Shown here one piece after another: positions 9,553-19,971 of a DNA stretch of 64,000 nt. Both the position numbers and the translations under genes were made by a program. A model generated the notes under the pieces. It was not told the DNA's origin. It did not search any database and saw only the letters and a program-made list of their open reading frames with translations. Positions within the stretch are counted from its first letter, which is position 1. The number at the start of each line of letters is the position of its first letter. This DNA is from Candidatus Hecatella orcuttiae (lineage in GTDB: Archaea; Thermoproteota; Bathyarchaeia; Hecatellales; Hecatellaceae), in assembly GCA_002011035.2 (NCBI GenBank), contig MTLY02000001.1, positions 416,001 to 480,000 of the forward strand, written 5' to 3'.

Positions 9553-10643
9553 TCGTTATTCACCAGTTCTAGATAAACATCCATCGTTTTTTTAGCTATA
9601 TTATCCCAAGATAAACAGTTTGCTTTTTGATAAGCCTTATAGGCTAACTCTTCTCTTAACGCCTCGTCTGTTAGGACATAACATATCAGTTCAGCTAATT
9701 TGTCTACATCATTCGGGAAAACGGTAATGACAGAATCACCTACTATTTCTTTTATGTCAGGAGTGTCGCTCGTTATGATCGCTTTCTTACAGGCCATTCC
9801 TTCCAGTATAGGTAGGCAAAATCCTATTTTGGAGGGCATGACTACTACATCGGCTAAATTGTAGTAGATGGGAAGTTTATCTTCTGGGATGTGCCCTAAG
9901 AATCGTATATGCTCAAGAATGCCTAAGTTTTTTGCTAATTTAATACCATCAAAAAAGAACCATTTCCCGCAGATCCAGAGTTCAACTTTCGAAAACTTCT
10001 CCACGACGGTTTTAAATGCTTCCATTAATACATCTGTGCCTTTTGCCGTGGAAAAACCTCCCACAAAGAGAACGATTTTTTTTCCTTCCTTTTTTTTAAG
10101 CATATTATTGCTTAATTTTAGAGGTCTAAAACGGTTAGTATTTACTCCATAGGAGATAATCCTAATTTTATTGGGATTCACGCCTAGAGTCGAGATAAGG
10201 TCTCGTCGAGTTACTTCAAACGGAGCAATTAATATGTCACTTCTAACGGCTATACGCGAGCATATTCTCAAATACTGAAACCGAACTGAAGCACTAAAAT
10301 TCAACTTTTTCTGATAAAAACTTGTTAACGATTCTTTAATCGGGATCAAGTCATGGAAGGTCGTAACTAGAGGGAATTTATGGAACAGTAAAGCGGCTTT
10401 AGCAAGTTGGGGTGAAGCTGCATGATAGACATCTGCTCTGACAGGTATAGTTTTTATGGGGAGGATTATTTCTTTTACGCCCCAATACAGAATATTTGAT
10501 AGAGTGCCTTGGCTCAAGATAGTTAAGTTGAAGTATCTTCTTACCCTTTCGCTCAACTCAAAACAGTATCTATCAATACCATAGCCTGTATCGGCTACAG
10601 GGTTGTTAGCTAACAAGCATACCTTGATAACGTTTCCCTCCAA
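9549..10643 (-). CDS. Glycosyltransferase family 4
   Basis: 'GIDRY', 'TFHDLIP', 'VLFVG...KG', 'GFCLPILEGMACKKAII'. Confidence 0.88.
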   Translation of the reverse strand: MEGNVIKVCLLANNPVADTGYGIDRYCFELSERVRRYFNLTILSQGTLSNILYWGVKEIILPIKTIPVRADVYHAASPQLAKAALLFHKFPLVTTFHDLIPIKESLTSFYQKKLNFSASVRFQYLRICSRIAVRSDILIAPFEVTRRDLISTLGVNPNKIRIISYGVNTNRFRPLKLSNNMLKKKEGKKIVLFVGGFSTAKGTDVLMEAFKTVVEKFSKVELWICGKWFFFDGIKLAKNLGILEHIRFLGHIPEDKLPIYYNLADVVVMPSKIGFCLPILEGMACKKAIITSDTPDIKEIVGDSVITVFPNDVDKLAELICYVLTDEALREELAYKAYQKANCLSWDNIAKKTMDVYLELVNNE

Positions 10644-10655
10644 TTAATAGTCAAT

Positions 10656-11888
10656 TTAGGTTGGCAAAGTTACTTCTCTTTTTATGATGTCTAAGATTCT
10701 TCTAACATTTTTCTCGGATGCACACATTTTCTTAATAGTTTCTCTGGCTTTTTTACCTACCTCATCTGCTGTTTTAGGATTCTCAAGTATTATCTCAAGT
10801 TTATTCGCTATTTCTTCAATATCACCCACTCCTGCAAGAAAGCCATTTTCTCCGTCGGATATAAGTTCAGAAGTCCATTTTATTCTTGTTGTAACCACTG
10901 GTTTTCCTGCCGCCATGGCTTCAATGAGCTTTATTGAAGGCGTGTCACGGTACGGTAAAGCGATGACGGTGGACGGTAACATTAATTCGTGGTACACATC
11001 ATTTACTTTGCCTATTCTTATCAAGCGAGACTCCAGCTTAAATTTTCGAATAAGCTTATTGAGGTAGTGTTCTGTTAGTCCATGGATGTTAGTAGATGCG
11101 ATTACCAACTTTGCTTGCGGGTACCGATCAATAATTTTAGAGAATGCCAAGACTAGGTCGAGTACACCTCTTCCTTGCCACAGATGCCCCAAGTACGTAA
11201 TTAAGCATTCGTGATTTCTTGCTTCCCAAGTTAAGGTCGGCAAATCCACATGCGGGTAAACTACGTATATATTGTTTCCTACGGGAATAAATTTTTGAAT
11301 GAGCCTCTTTACATAGTTTGATGAGGCTATTATCTTTGTGACATTTTTCAATCCCCATTTCTGTAGAATTTCTCTTCTGAATAACTCTCTGGGCAACGTA
11401 TTGATGAATTGGTTAATCTTGTATGTCAGGGGTATTTTATAACCCTTTAGAGTTTCACTGTCTCCCTTCCACCACATCCAGGGTTCTGTATATTCAAAGA
11501 CATAATGAACAGTCGGGATACCTGTTAACCTGCCTAGCAATGCGGCGAATACAGCTGAAAACGATGTACCACATGTATAAATCACATCCAAATTTAGCTT
11601 TCTTAAAATTCTGGCAGCTTTGGAAATTATTTCAGGAGAAAACACTCCAGAAAAATAAGATATTTCTTTGCGATCTAAAAAGGTTCGGCTAAAAGGTGTT
11701 ATTACACCTGTCAAAGAGGATATTGTATAGAGACCTCCATTTTCTACGGATGTTTTTCCTTCAGCTAACACTGTCACTTCGTTTCCTAGTTTTGCAAACC
11801 ATTCCACTTGGTTTTTTAAAAGAACCATGTACGACGGTGAGTTAGGTCTTGGTGTCAAATATGCAGATTCAAAAACCCCTATCCTCAA
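10656..11888 (-). CDS. Glycosyltransferase family 4
   Basis: GT-B C-terminal 'LIEAMAAGKPVVTT...DGENGFL'. Confidence 0.85.
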   Translation of the reverse strand: MRIGVFESAYLTPRPNSPSYMVLLKNQVEWFAKLGNEVTVLAEGKTSVENGGLYTISSLTGVITPFSRTFLDRKEISYFSGVFSPEIISKAARILRKLNLDVIYTCGTSFSAVFAALLGRLTGIPTVHYVFEYTEPWMWWKGDSETLKGYKIPLTYKINQFINTLPRELFRREILQKWGLKNVTKIIASSNYVKRLIQKFIPVGNNIYVVYPHVDLPTLTWEARNHECLITYLGHLWQGRGVLDLVLAFSKIIDRYPQAKLVIASTNIHGLTEHYLNKLIRKFKLESRLIRIGKVNDVYHELMLPSTVIALPYRDTPSIKLIEAMAAGKPVVTTRIKWTSELISDGENGFLAGVGDIEEIANKLEIILENPKTADEVGKKARETIKKMCASEKNVRRILDIIKREVTLPT

Positions 11889-12002
11889 AGCCGCTCACCA
11901 TTCAGAGAAAATCTGTTCTTTACATTACCTGAAAATCTTAAGATTTAATGCGTATCTCACACTCGGCACTAACAATCTTTGCATGATTTATACCAGTCAT
12001 CT

Positions 12003-12779
12003 TTATGAAGTTTTTAGTGTTTGAGGGGCTGGAACATCAATGTTTTTTGTTATCAAAACGAACTTTCTTGTGGCGTATCTTCTTAAAAATGGAAGCTGCG
12101 AAAAGAGACTGTCAAATAATTTTAGGGGCTTGAGTAATATTTCTGGAATTTTGTCGTAAAGTGTAAGACCTAATAGGAAAGCGCTTGCGGATCCTCGTAT
12201 AGACAATTCGGCGTCATTTATACAACCTTGTAGTTCTTTGAGATTAGTAAAATCTCCACGCTTTTCCTTTTGAGCCCCTATAAGCGCTAGTAAGCTTTCA
12301 CTATCATAATAGTCGAAGACCATGAAGCCTCTTGAATTTAATACTCTACTCACTTCTTTAAAGACCACGTATTTGTTTGATAGATGAGAAATTAGCCGTA
12401 TACTGATTACACCATTAAAGGAAGCTTGTTTAAACGGCAAATACCTAGCATCACCTAATACTAGATCCACATTCGGCTTCAAGCTTCTAAAAACCATATT
12501 TAAATTTTTTTTAGCCATGCTTAACATAGCCAAAGAAGAGTCAAGGCCGATATAATTATTCACGGATTTGTTGTTCATTAAATTAAATCCAAATGCACCA
12601 CTCCCTATCCCTAATTCGACGACCACCTCTTTAGAATTGACTTTTTCCATAAGTTGACTTACCGCTTTAACCTCTGTTTCTATGACCACAAGGCCGCGAA
12701 GACTGACGCGTTCTTCAATGTATTTCTTTGCTTTGCTTATTGAGGTATAAGCCTTGGAGTAGGGCTCCATCGTCTTCAA
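12003..12779 (-). CDS. Class I SAM methyltransferase (Methyltransf_11)
   Basis: 'VELGIGSG', 'GLDSSLAML', 'GDARYLPFKQASFNGV', 'EVSRVLNSRG'. Confidence 0.85.
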   Translation of the reverse strand: MKTMEPYSKAYTSISKAKKYIEERVSLRGLVVIETEVKAVSQLMEKVNSKEVVVELGIGSGAFGFNLMNNKSVNNYIGLDSSLAMLSMAKKNLNMVFRSLKPNVDLVLGDARYLPFKQASFNGVISIRLISHLSNKYVVFKEVSRVLNSRGFMVFDYYDSESLLALIGAQKEKRGDFTNLKELQGCINDAELSIRGSASAFLLGLTLYDKIPEILLKPLKLFDSLFSQLPFLRRYATRKFVLITKNIDVPAPQTLKTS

Positions 12780-12787
12780 CCTATTAG

Positions 12788-13963
12788 TTAAGCCCTTGCT
12801 ACTTCTTTAATTATTTTCAGCATTTCTTTAATGACTAAGTTCCAATTGCACATTGCCAAGATTCGTTCTCTCGCTCTTTTACCAATTTCTTGAGCTGATT
12901 CGGTGTGTAGCAAAGTCATTCTGATCTTCTGGACTAATGCCTTTATATCCATAACGTCTATAAGAAAGCCTGTTTCACCATCTTTGATAAATTCTTGAAT
13001 TCCGCCCAGCTTCGTAGTAATTACTGGTTTACCAGTAGCCATAGCCTCCAGAATAGTTAAAGGTGGATCTAAAACGTAACTTCGGAAAGGTAAACAGATA
13101 GTAGTCGAAGGCATTAAAATTTCTCGATATATATCATTACAAAAGCCTTTCCATATAATTTTTGAATTGAGGTTCAAATTGTTTATTATTCTTTCACAAT
13201 AATGTTTAGTAACGGGGTCATCCCGCGGAGAAGCTATCATTAATCTTACATTATGTTTTTCTTTAGCAACCTGTGAAAAAGCTGTTATTACATCTAGGGG
13301 ACCTCTCCACATAGCCAAAGCTCCAAAATAGGTCAGAGTATATTTCGAGGACGCAAAAATATCTGTTACTAAGTTTGGTATATAAATTCCTGGCGGTATT
13401 ATTTTTATGTTAAGAAGATTAGGGGTTATTTTTTGTAAAATACATTTAATATATTTAGACGTGACTACTAATTGAGTTACATTAGATAGACTCCATTTAA
13501 GAATAAATTTAAAAGAATGAATCTTGTTATCGAATAGATTTGGTGTTTTAATTTTTTTAAACAACATAAAAGCAGATAAAAACTCATTAATTGATGTTGG
13601 ATAATTTATTGTATCAATATGATGAATAACAGGCACGTTTGTTAATTTTTCTAAAAGTGCTGAAATAATGCTGAATGATATAGAATTGCGGACATAAATA
13701 ACATCAAATTTTTCTTTTTTAATTATTTTTGAGATTTCAATAAATGATTGTAATTTTTCATTATATAATCCTTTTTTTAAATATTTTATTTGAAAAACAT
13801 TTAAGATGTCGTTTGAAATCGGAAATTTTCCTCGTTCTGTTAATATGATAATATCAGAATGGGGAAGATGTTCCATAAGATGCAATATGGTACTGAGTAA
13901 TTGTTTATTGGTTCCATAAACAACATCCTGTAATATTCCTGGCGCAACGATTCCTATTTTCAT
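12788..13963 (-). CDS. Glycosyltransferase family 4
   Basis: 'PLTILEAMATGKPVITTKLGGIQEFIKDGETGFL'. Paralog of 10656-11888. Confidence 0.87.
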   Translation of the reverse strand: MKIGIVAPGILQDVVYGTNKQLLSTILHLMEHLPHSDIIILTERGKFPISNDILNVFQIKYLKKGLYNEKLQSFIEISKIIKKEKFDVIYVRNSISFSIISALLEKLTNVPVIHHIDTINYPTSINEFLSAFMLFKKIKTPNLFDNKIHSFKFILKWSLSNVTQLVVTSKYIKCILQKITPNLLNIKIIPPGIYIPNLVTDIFASSKYTLTYFGALAMWRGPLDVITAFSQVAKEKHNVRLMIASPRDDPVTKHYCERIINNLNLNSKIIWKGFCNDIYREILMPSTTICLPFRSYVLDPPLTILEAMATGKPVITTKLGGIQEFIKDGETGFLIDVMDIKALVQKIRMTLLHTESAQEIGKRARERILAMCNWNLVIKEMLKIIKEVARA

Positions 13964-16900
13964 CTTTTGCCCTTAACAAGATTTAGAATTTTTTTAAAAA
14001 AATTAGTTGGAATAGATATTAATAGTGTTAAAACACTAAATGATACGAATGACATGTAAAACCCAAATTCGTATAATAGTTGCTTATCAAATTTTAAATA
14101 CATGTCGAAAGTTCCTGTTTTATTGATAAAAAAGATATTGCCAAAAGAATACGCAGGATAACTTTTTATGTAAGTTTCGTTATTTAAATAAATTTTCCAT
14201 GAAGGATTATATCTTTCAGAGAAGAATACATAAAAAGGTTCAGATGCTCTGGCAGAGATCACGTAGTTTGTTGGGTTAATTTTTTGCGCTCTAAAGTCTG
14301 CCGGTTTAGAAGTTTGGGGTCTAAACGATGATTCTATTATTGTAAGTTGATCTAAATATATAATATTTTTTTTATCAGGTTTAAATTGTATTTTAAAATG
14401 GCCTTCATACAAATGTAATTCTCCGATTTTGTACCATTCATATTTGGATGTAGAATTTAATCGAATTGTAAATTTATGGTGGTTGTTGACCTCGACATTC
14501 ACAGTAGATGGAATTTCACTCAAGCATCTCACGTACAGATTATAGAAACCTTGTTTTGGGATATATAGAGAATAGCTGAACGGCATTTCCTTAACAGAAA
14601 AAGCAAACCCTTCGCTTGTGTTTACTCCGTAATCTTCTGAAAGCATTATCCCCGTAACACCCACTCCTCCTTCATCAAGAAACCAACTTCCGGCTTCATA
14701 CTTTGCGATCCTTATCTTTGCCACATCAGAGAGGTTTGCTGGATTATGCCAGAAAACATCGGGTTCTTTCAATGGTAAAATAAGTTCTTTCCAGCCAAAC
14801 CAGTTTTCGATTAGTCGCCATTCCTGAGCTTGGCCTAGCGAGTCTTCAATTCGGATAGTTAACCGTTCACCTGTGTTTTTTCCATACCACCATAATGAAA
14901 GGAAATCGTAACCACTCCAATCTTCAGATGGGGAGTATGTATGATCCATTGCCGCATAAGTATAATTACCACCAGAAGGAACTGTAAACTTAAATGCTTT
15001 ATCTCCCTTTTTTACTATTACTGTTTCAGTTGTTATTGCAGGAGCACCAAGCTTTCCCTCAGATCCGCCGAATGAAATAGTCCAAAACTCCGCATTCTCA
15101 TCATCCCATTTTGCGGTGAAGAGAGATTTCTTTAACTTAATATCATCTTGAACCGACCCCATTTCAGAAAATAAAATTATCTGCTTATTTAGCATTATTT
15201 CAGTAACTAATTTTTTTGCTTCCTCAACGGCTTCTTTCGGAACAACAACTACATTCGTAATAGCATTTTCTCCTTTTTCACTTTCAATTGCAAGTATATG
15301 ATTGCCGTAATTTAAATTGACATCTCCTACGTGCGCCCATCTAAAACCCGCGTCAGCTATTCTTTTTGTTCTAATTTCTTTAATTTTTAAATCATCGATG
15401 TAAAACTTAATTTTTGATGCTTCGGGACCAAAGTAAAGTTTTGAGTAAACTTCATAGACCCCTTTTTGTTCTACATAAAATGGAATACGCAAAGTAGAAG
15501 GGACAAATGTAAAAGCTACATGTTCTAATTGTGCTTGGTAACGCCATTTATACCAAATCCAACCTGTAAAACTCCATCCTTCATCTGGAGAAAATTCTGA
15601 GACATAGTGAATAGGGTAAAAAAGGTATTTTTTTGATGCTGCAGCTAAAATTATATCAAAAAAATGGCCATCTTGAATTATAACTGCAACATTTGGAAGA
15701 TTAGCAAGGGTAATAAGATCATTTTTTGTTAATTGTTGCACGAAAATTAAACCTAAATCATCTAGTTTTAATCCGTCTAAATAACTAAGGCTGATTAAAC
15801 CATCAAGATCCCCTGCGAATAAACCAATACGACTAATAGGAAAGGTATGGCCTTGGAATCTTTTATTAACAAAAATTTGTATAGAATCTATTAAGCTAAG
15901 TTGCGTTAAGTCTTTCTGCTGTTTTATAGTATTGATAATTTTTTTATTAGTAAACTCCATTTCGGGAAATTCTAGCGCCCATCCATGGTCTGTTGCTGTT
16001 GTGCGTTTATTTAGGTCTAGAATAATATATTTAACGGCTGCTAAGTTAAGAAGTTCAGCCAAGTATTCTGTTCGATTTTCATACAATGTTTTAATTAAAA
16101 ACCTTTCAAATGGCGGAGAATTTACCTTCCCGTAATATATAAAATCTCTGCCTATATATCTGGACATCATGTCATAGCCGGGAGTTGGGCTATATTTTGC
16201 GTCATTATATAACGTGGGATAGGGTGCAGGTAATGTAAAAACTCTGAAATCGTCGGGTTCGGTGGAAAGCCAATGTAATAACTGTTCATATTTTTCTCCG
16301 AATTCATATGTTTGCATTCTACCACCAAAGTTGCCAGTAAAAAATGGATAAGCATAAGTAGAAATGCTACTTATGAAAATTAAGAATATGATAAGTAATG
16401 AAATAATCTTAATTTTGCCATCAGGTTTTAAAGTAGCAATTCTATTATGATTTCTTATTAAAACTACACGCTTAATTAATTTATAGAGGTAATGTTTGAA
16501 TGTTTCAGATGATAATCCTAAGAGAACAGCTAGCCCTAAACTTTGTAGAGGATACCACTTTTCGACGCTTCTAAAGATCTGTAAGAATGGAATAGATTCT
16601 AATATTAAGAACCATAAAGATCCAAGTATTCCCTTTGTCGCTGAAACTAAAGTAACACCCAAAACTGTTAAAGTAGCAAAAAAAATAATTCTACAATCCT
16701 TCTTGGAAAATAAAAGAATAGAAAAAGCAAAAATTACTGGAATAAAACTTAAAAGTTGCCATATAGGCGCATCCCTAACTACGAGGGTAAAATAGCCAAG
16801 GTGTGTACCTATAAATCGTAGGACTTCATTAGGCTCATATCCTTCTGAGATAAAAAATCTCATAGGAATATATCCTAACTGAGCTGATATTATTTGCGCT

Positions 16901-17721
16901 CCCTTGCTTTGGAATATATCTACAATAAAGGGAACAGTCCAGTAAGCTTGAATTAAAAACGGAGCAAATAATATGATGAATGTGTTTCTCATGCTCTTTA
17001 AGAAGTAATCTTTATTTCTCTTAGCTAAACCGCTATAGATAAAACAGAATAGTAAGAGCATTATTGATATGACAAAATAATTTGTAATCCGCATACTTGC
17101 AATAGCTGACAGTATGCAAGTTAGTAGAAGACACTTAAATTTATGACTTCCTTCAAGAGAGCATGCGAAAAAAGCGAGGACTAAAGGCAGCAATGCGTAG
17201 GTTAATACCATACCAAGATGACCTACTGCGAATTTGTTGAAAATATCAGGTGTCATCATGTAGAAGACCCCTGCTATAATTGATGAGGAAATCGTGACTT
17301 TCATTTGTCTGCATAGATAAAACATGGAATATCCAGCTAAAACCATCGCAAATATGCTGACAAATTTAGAGATAGCTTCACCATCCATGCCGAGCAGGGA
17401 TAGAGAGTAAAGAAATAGCTTATAGTAAAGCCCTGACGAGAAATGCTCGCTTCCGAAAGAGCCCATTGTACCGCCCCAAACGTAGAGGTCCTCTTCGAAC
17501 AGTTGCTTAAATTGAATCGAGAATGGCGGGATATTCCATTCGCCCTCCATAGTGATAACACCAGGGGAAGTGATTACCTTCCGAAACGTGATGAAAGATA
17601 TGCCTAGAAAAAAGGAGAATACACCTAGATTCTGAACAAACGCCCTCATTAATACTTTCTTTTCTAACATTTCTAGATTCTTTCTTTTCGAATATTCAAT
17701 ACAATAGTCTCTCCGCAACAT
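13960..17721 (-). CDS. Large YfhO/AftD-like GT-C membrane protein with extracellular carbohydrate-binding modules
   Basis: About 12 N-terminal TM helices ('GHLGMVLTYALLP', 'FRSVEKW'), 'DDFRVFTLP', 'LNLAAVKYIILD'. Two galactose-binding-like beta-sandwiches flank a CBM11-like insert ('DWSGYDFLSLWWYG...WFGWKELILPL'). C-terminal 'KINPTNYVI..FSERYNPSWK' plus a TM helix. Confidence 0.65.
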   Translation of the reverse strand: MLRRDYCIEYSKRKNLEMLEKKVLMRAFVQNLGVFSFFLGISFITFRKVITSPGVITMEGEWNIPPFSIQFKQLFEEDLYVWGGTMGSFGSEHFSSGLYYKLFLYSLSLLGMDGEAISKFVSIFAMVLAGYSMFYLCRQMKVTISSSIIAGVFYMMTPDIFNKFAVGHLGMVLTYALLPLVLAFFACSLEGSHKFKCLLLTCILSAIASMRITNYFVISIMLLLFCFIYSGLAKRNKDYFLKSMRNTFIILFAPFLIQAYWTVPFIVDIFQSKGAQIISAQLGYIPMRFFISEGYEPNEVLRFIGTHLGYFTLVVRDAPIWQLLSFIPVIFAFSILLFSKKDCRIIFFATLTVLGVTLVSATKGILGSLWFLILESIPFLQIFRSVEKWYPLQSLGLAVLLGLSSETFKHYLYKLIKRVVLIRNHNRIATLKPDGKIKIISLLIIFLIFISSISTYAYPFFTGNFGGRMQTYEFGEKYEQLLHWLSTEPDDFRVFTLPAPYPTLYNDAKYSPTPGYDMMSRYIGRDFIYYGKVNSPPFERFLIKTLYENRTEYLAELLNLAAVKYIILDLNKRTTATDHGWALEFPEMEFTNKKIINTIKQQKDLTQLSLIDSIQIFVNKRFQGHTFPISRIGLFAGDLDGLISLSYLDGLKLDDLGLIFVQQLTKNDLITLANLPNVAVIIQDGHFFDIILAAASKKYLFYPIHYVSEFSPDEGWSFTGWIWYKWRYQAQLEHVAFTFVPSTLRIPFYVEQKGVYEVYSKLYFGPEASKIKFYIDDLKIKEIRTKRIADAGFRWAHVGDVNLNYGNHILAIESEKGENAITNVVVVPKEAVEEAKKLVTEIMLNKQIILFSEMGSVQDDIKLKKSLFTAKWDDENAEFWTISFGGSEGKLGAPAITTETVIVKKGDKAFKFTVPSGGNYTYAAMDHTYSPSEDWSGYDFLSLWWYGKNTGERLTIRIEDSLGQAQEWRLIENWFGWKELILPLKEPDVFWHNPANLSDVAKIRIAKYEAGSWFLDEGGVGVTGIMLSEDYGVNTSEGFAFSVKEMPFSYSLYIPKQGFYNLYVRCLSEIPSTVNVEVNNHHKFTIRLNSTSKYEWYKIGELHLYEGHFKIQFKPDKKNIIYLDQLTIIESSFRPQTSKPADFRAQKINPTNYVISARASEPFYVFFSERYNPSWKIYLNNETYIKSYPAYSFGNIFFINKTGTFDMYLKFDKQLLYEFGFYMSFVSFSVLTLLISIPTNFFKKILNLVKGKR

Positions 17722-17743
17722 GATGTCAAAAACTTGATTTTTC

Positions 17744-18937
17744 TCAACTAAAAACTCCGCCTGCTTCTACACCCAATTTAATTAGGTTTAACTCCCTTTC
17801 CGCTGTAACCTCCCAATCATATTGTTCTGCTATCTTTTTTGCTTTTTCGCCTATTCCAGCTCGCAGTTTCTCGTCTGAAAGAAGATTTAATACCGCTCCC
17901 GAGAAAGCTTTTTTGTTGCCTACTGGAATTTTGATTATTGCATCTCTAAAGACCTTATAAGCCGGCAAATCATAAGCCACCACAGGCAATCCACAGGCCA
18001 TAGCTTCGCATACCGCAATACCCCAACCCTCCTCATAACTCGGGAAAATAAAGATCTTGCATGTCTTAAGAAAAGCATACTTCTCATCCTCAGGCAATAC
18101 CCCAAGCAATTTAATGTTTTTCTTAAGCCCTTCTATTTCAATCTTTTTTCTTAACTGTGAGACATATTTTTCTAACTCAGTTCCGATGATTAGTAATTGT
18201 GCATTAGGATAGCTCCGACATACAATCTTCCAAATATCGATCAAATCAAAAGCCTTAAATGGCGATAATCTTCCGAGAAAACATGCATCATATTTCTTCT
18301 CTTCTTTATTAACTCGACGGATTCTTTTAATATCTATGCCTTGCTGCATAATCCTAATTCTCTCCATCGATACTCCTAACCTTGATACCTGTTTCTTGTC
18401 ACGGGGGTTTATGAAAACAAGATTAGCATTTTTCTTTATTAACATAAGACTGACATTTTGGGAGATCCAGGTAAGAAGACTTGGTAGAAAGGGATGATAT
18501 TTATTTCTTTCCAAAGGTTTGGGTTCTAAGTGGTGAATGTAAACAATTAATTTAGAAAATGGAAATCTTCTAGAAATCATTACGGCAGGTAAAATATTGA
18601 CTAAGAAGTGGGAGAACGTGCATATTATGTGAAAATTTTCACGTAACCCGAATGAGAAAAATGAGAAGAGTGACTTTACCATACGGATAAGATAGAGTAT
18701 GGCAAGCCCGATAATGGTCTTACATAAAATTTTTTCAAAAGGGACTGAGACTATATGGGTTTTCATACTAATGCCATACCACTTAACAATTTCAGCTCCA
18801 GTTTCACTTGTTAATAAAGTACTATCATAATTATAATCTCTGAGCCGCTTGCATACCTCAAGCATGTGCCGGTCTCCACCACTCACAAAGCTAGCAAAAA
18901 GAGGGTAAACAGAAAGATCAATAATTAATATTCTCAA
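17744..18937 (-). CDS. Glycosyltransferase family 4
   Basis: 'SGGDRH', 'FLGRLSPFK', EX7E in 'PSYEEGWGIAVCEAMACGLPVV'. Confidence 0.92.
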   Translation of the reverse strand: MRILIIDLSVYPLFASFVSGGDRHMLEVCKRLRDYNYDSTLLTSETGAEIVKWYGISMKTHIVSVPFEKILCKTIIGLAILYLIRMVKSLFSFFSFGLRENFHIICTFSHFLVNILPAVMISRRFPFSKLIVYIHHLEPKPLERNKYHPFLPSLLTWISQNVSLMLIKKNANLVFINPRDKKQVSRLGVSMERIRIMQQGIDIKRIRRVNKEEKKYDACFLGRLSPFKAFDLIDIWKIVCRSYPNAQLLIIGTELEKYVSQLRKKIEIEGLKKNIKLLGVLPEDEKYAFLKTCKIFIFPSYEEGWGIAVCEAMACGLPVVAYDLPAYKVFRDAIIKIPVGNKKAFSGAVLNLLSDEKLRAGIGEKAKKIAEQYDWEVTAERELNLIKLGVEAGGVFS

Positions 18938-19113
18938 GTTACTATTTCACTTTCTTCAAATTATAAATCAGGGTGATTTAAAAATTCCCTTTCTATAATG
19001 TTTTCGGTTGAAATCATATATGATCCCACCCCTGAATACGCTAAAACCATAGCCGAAATCAAATTTTGAATCAGAGTATAAAAATTAATCATTTATATTT
19101 TGCAACAAATAAA

Positions 19114-19971
19114 TTACTTTCTCCCGATGACAATAACACAGCTACTTAATCCAAGCTTTTTCAGCGGATTGTCTAAAAAAGCTATTACTCTGAGAAAACG
19201 TAGAAAAACTTTCTGATATATTTGGGTCCAAGGCTTTCTTATTAATAGCTGACTAAATTTTGGAAGTATTATAAGGTCAAAAATAGCACTTATAAAAACA
19301 AAAATATATGCTTCTCCTTCAATCTGCAAACCATTTTTTACAAAATAACTTTTAATCTCATAGATACTATAATACCGATTTTTTGAATGACCCATAGCTC
19401 TAAAATACCCTGGTAATAACATTTCATAAATCTTACGAAAGGGATACCTCCTATTAACAGTATAAAGGAAAATCTTACCCCCGTTTTTTAGAATCCTTGA
19501 TGCCTCAGATAAACTAGCTTCAGGATTATCTACGTGTTCCAAGACCATTGAATGAATGACTGCATCAAAACATTCACTATTAAACGGTAAATGGTTTACA
19601 TCCGCAACAACAATATGAAATGAGCCGGAAAAATTCGATCTGGATGCATTTTTTTTAGCGCGTTTTAAACCTCTCACTGATAGATCTACACCAACAGAAA
19701 AGCAAGATATATTAAACGCGTAGATGCAAGTGAGAGGTTGATCACCGCAGCCTATATCCAAAACTGAAGAGGAATTCCTTAATTCAAGTCTATTAAACAT
19801 TTTTGCTATTTCAAAGTCACTAATATTAAAACGATCTTTGTAAAATCTTGACCAGTAACTTTCCCACGCCCACTTTATATACTTCCTATCAAAGAAGGCT
19901 TTTTGAGATTTCTTAATGTCAGAAATATTTTTATGTCTCGTGTACTTATCCACCTTTGTAGCTTTCTTCAA
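19114..19971 (-). CDS. Class I SAM methyltransferase (Methyltransf_11)
   Basis: 'VLDIGCGD', 'GVDLS', 'LPFNSECFDAV..VLEHVDNP..SEASRILKNGG'. Confidence 0.88.
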   Translation of the reverse strand: MKKATKVDKYTRHKNISDIKKSQKAFFDRKYIKWAWESYWSRFYKDRFNISDFEIAKMFNRLELRNSSSVLDIGCGDQPLTCIYAFNISCFSVGVDLSVRGLKRAKKNASRSNFSGSFHIVVADVNHLPFNSECFDAVIHSMVLEHVDNPEASLSEASRILKNGGKIFLYTVNRRYPFRKIYEMLLPGYFRAMGHSKNRYYSIYEIKSYFVKNGLQIEGEAYIFVFISAIFDLIILPKFSQLLIRKPWTQIYQKVFLRFLRVIAFLDNPLKKLGLSSCVIVIGRK

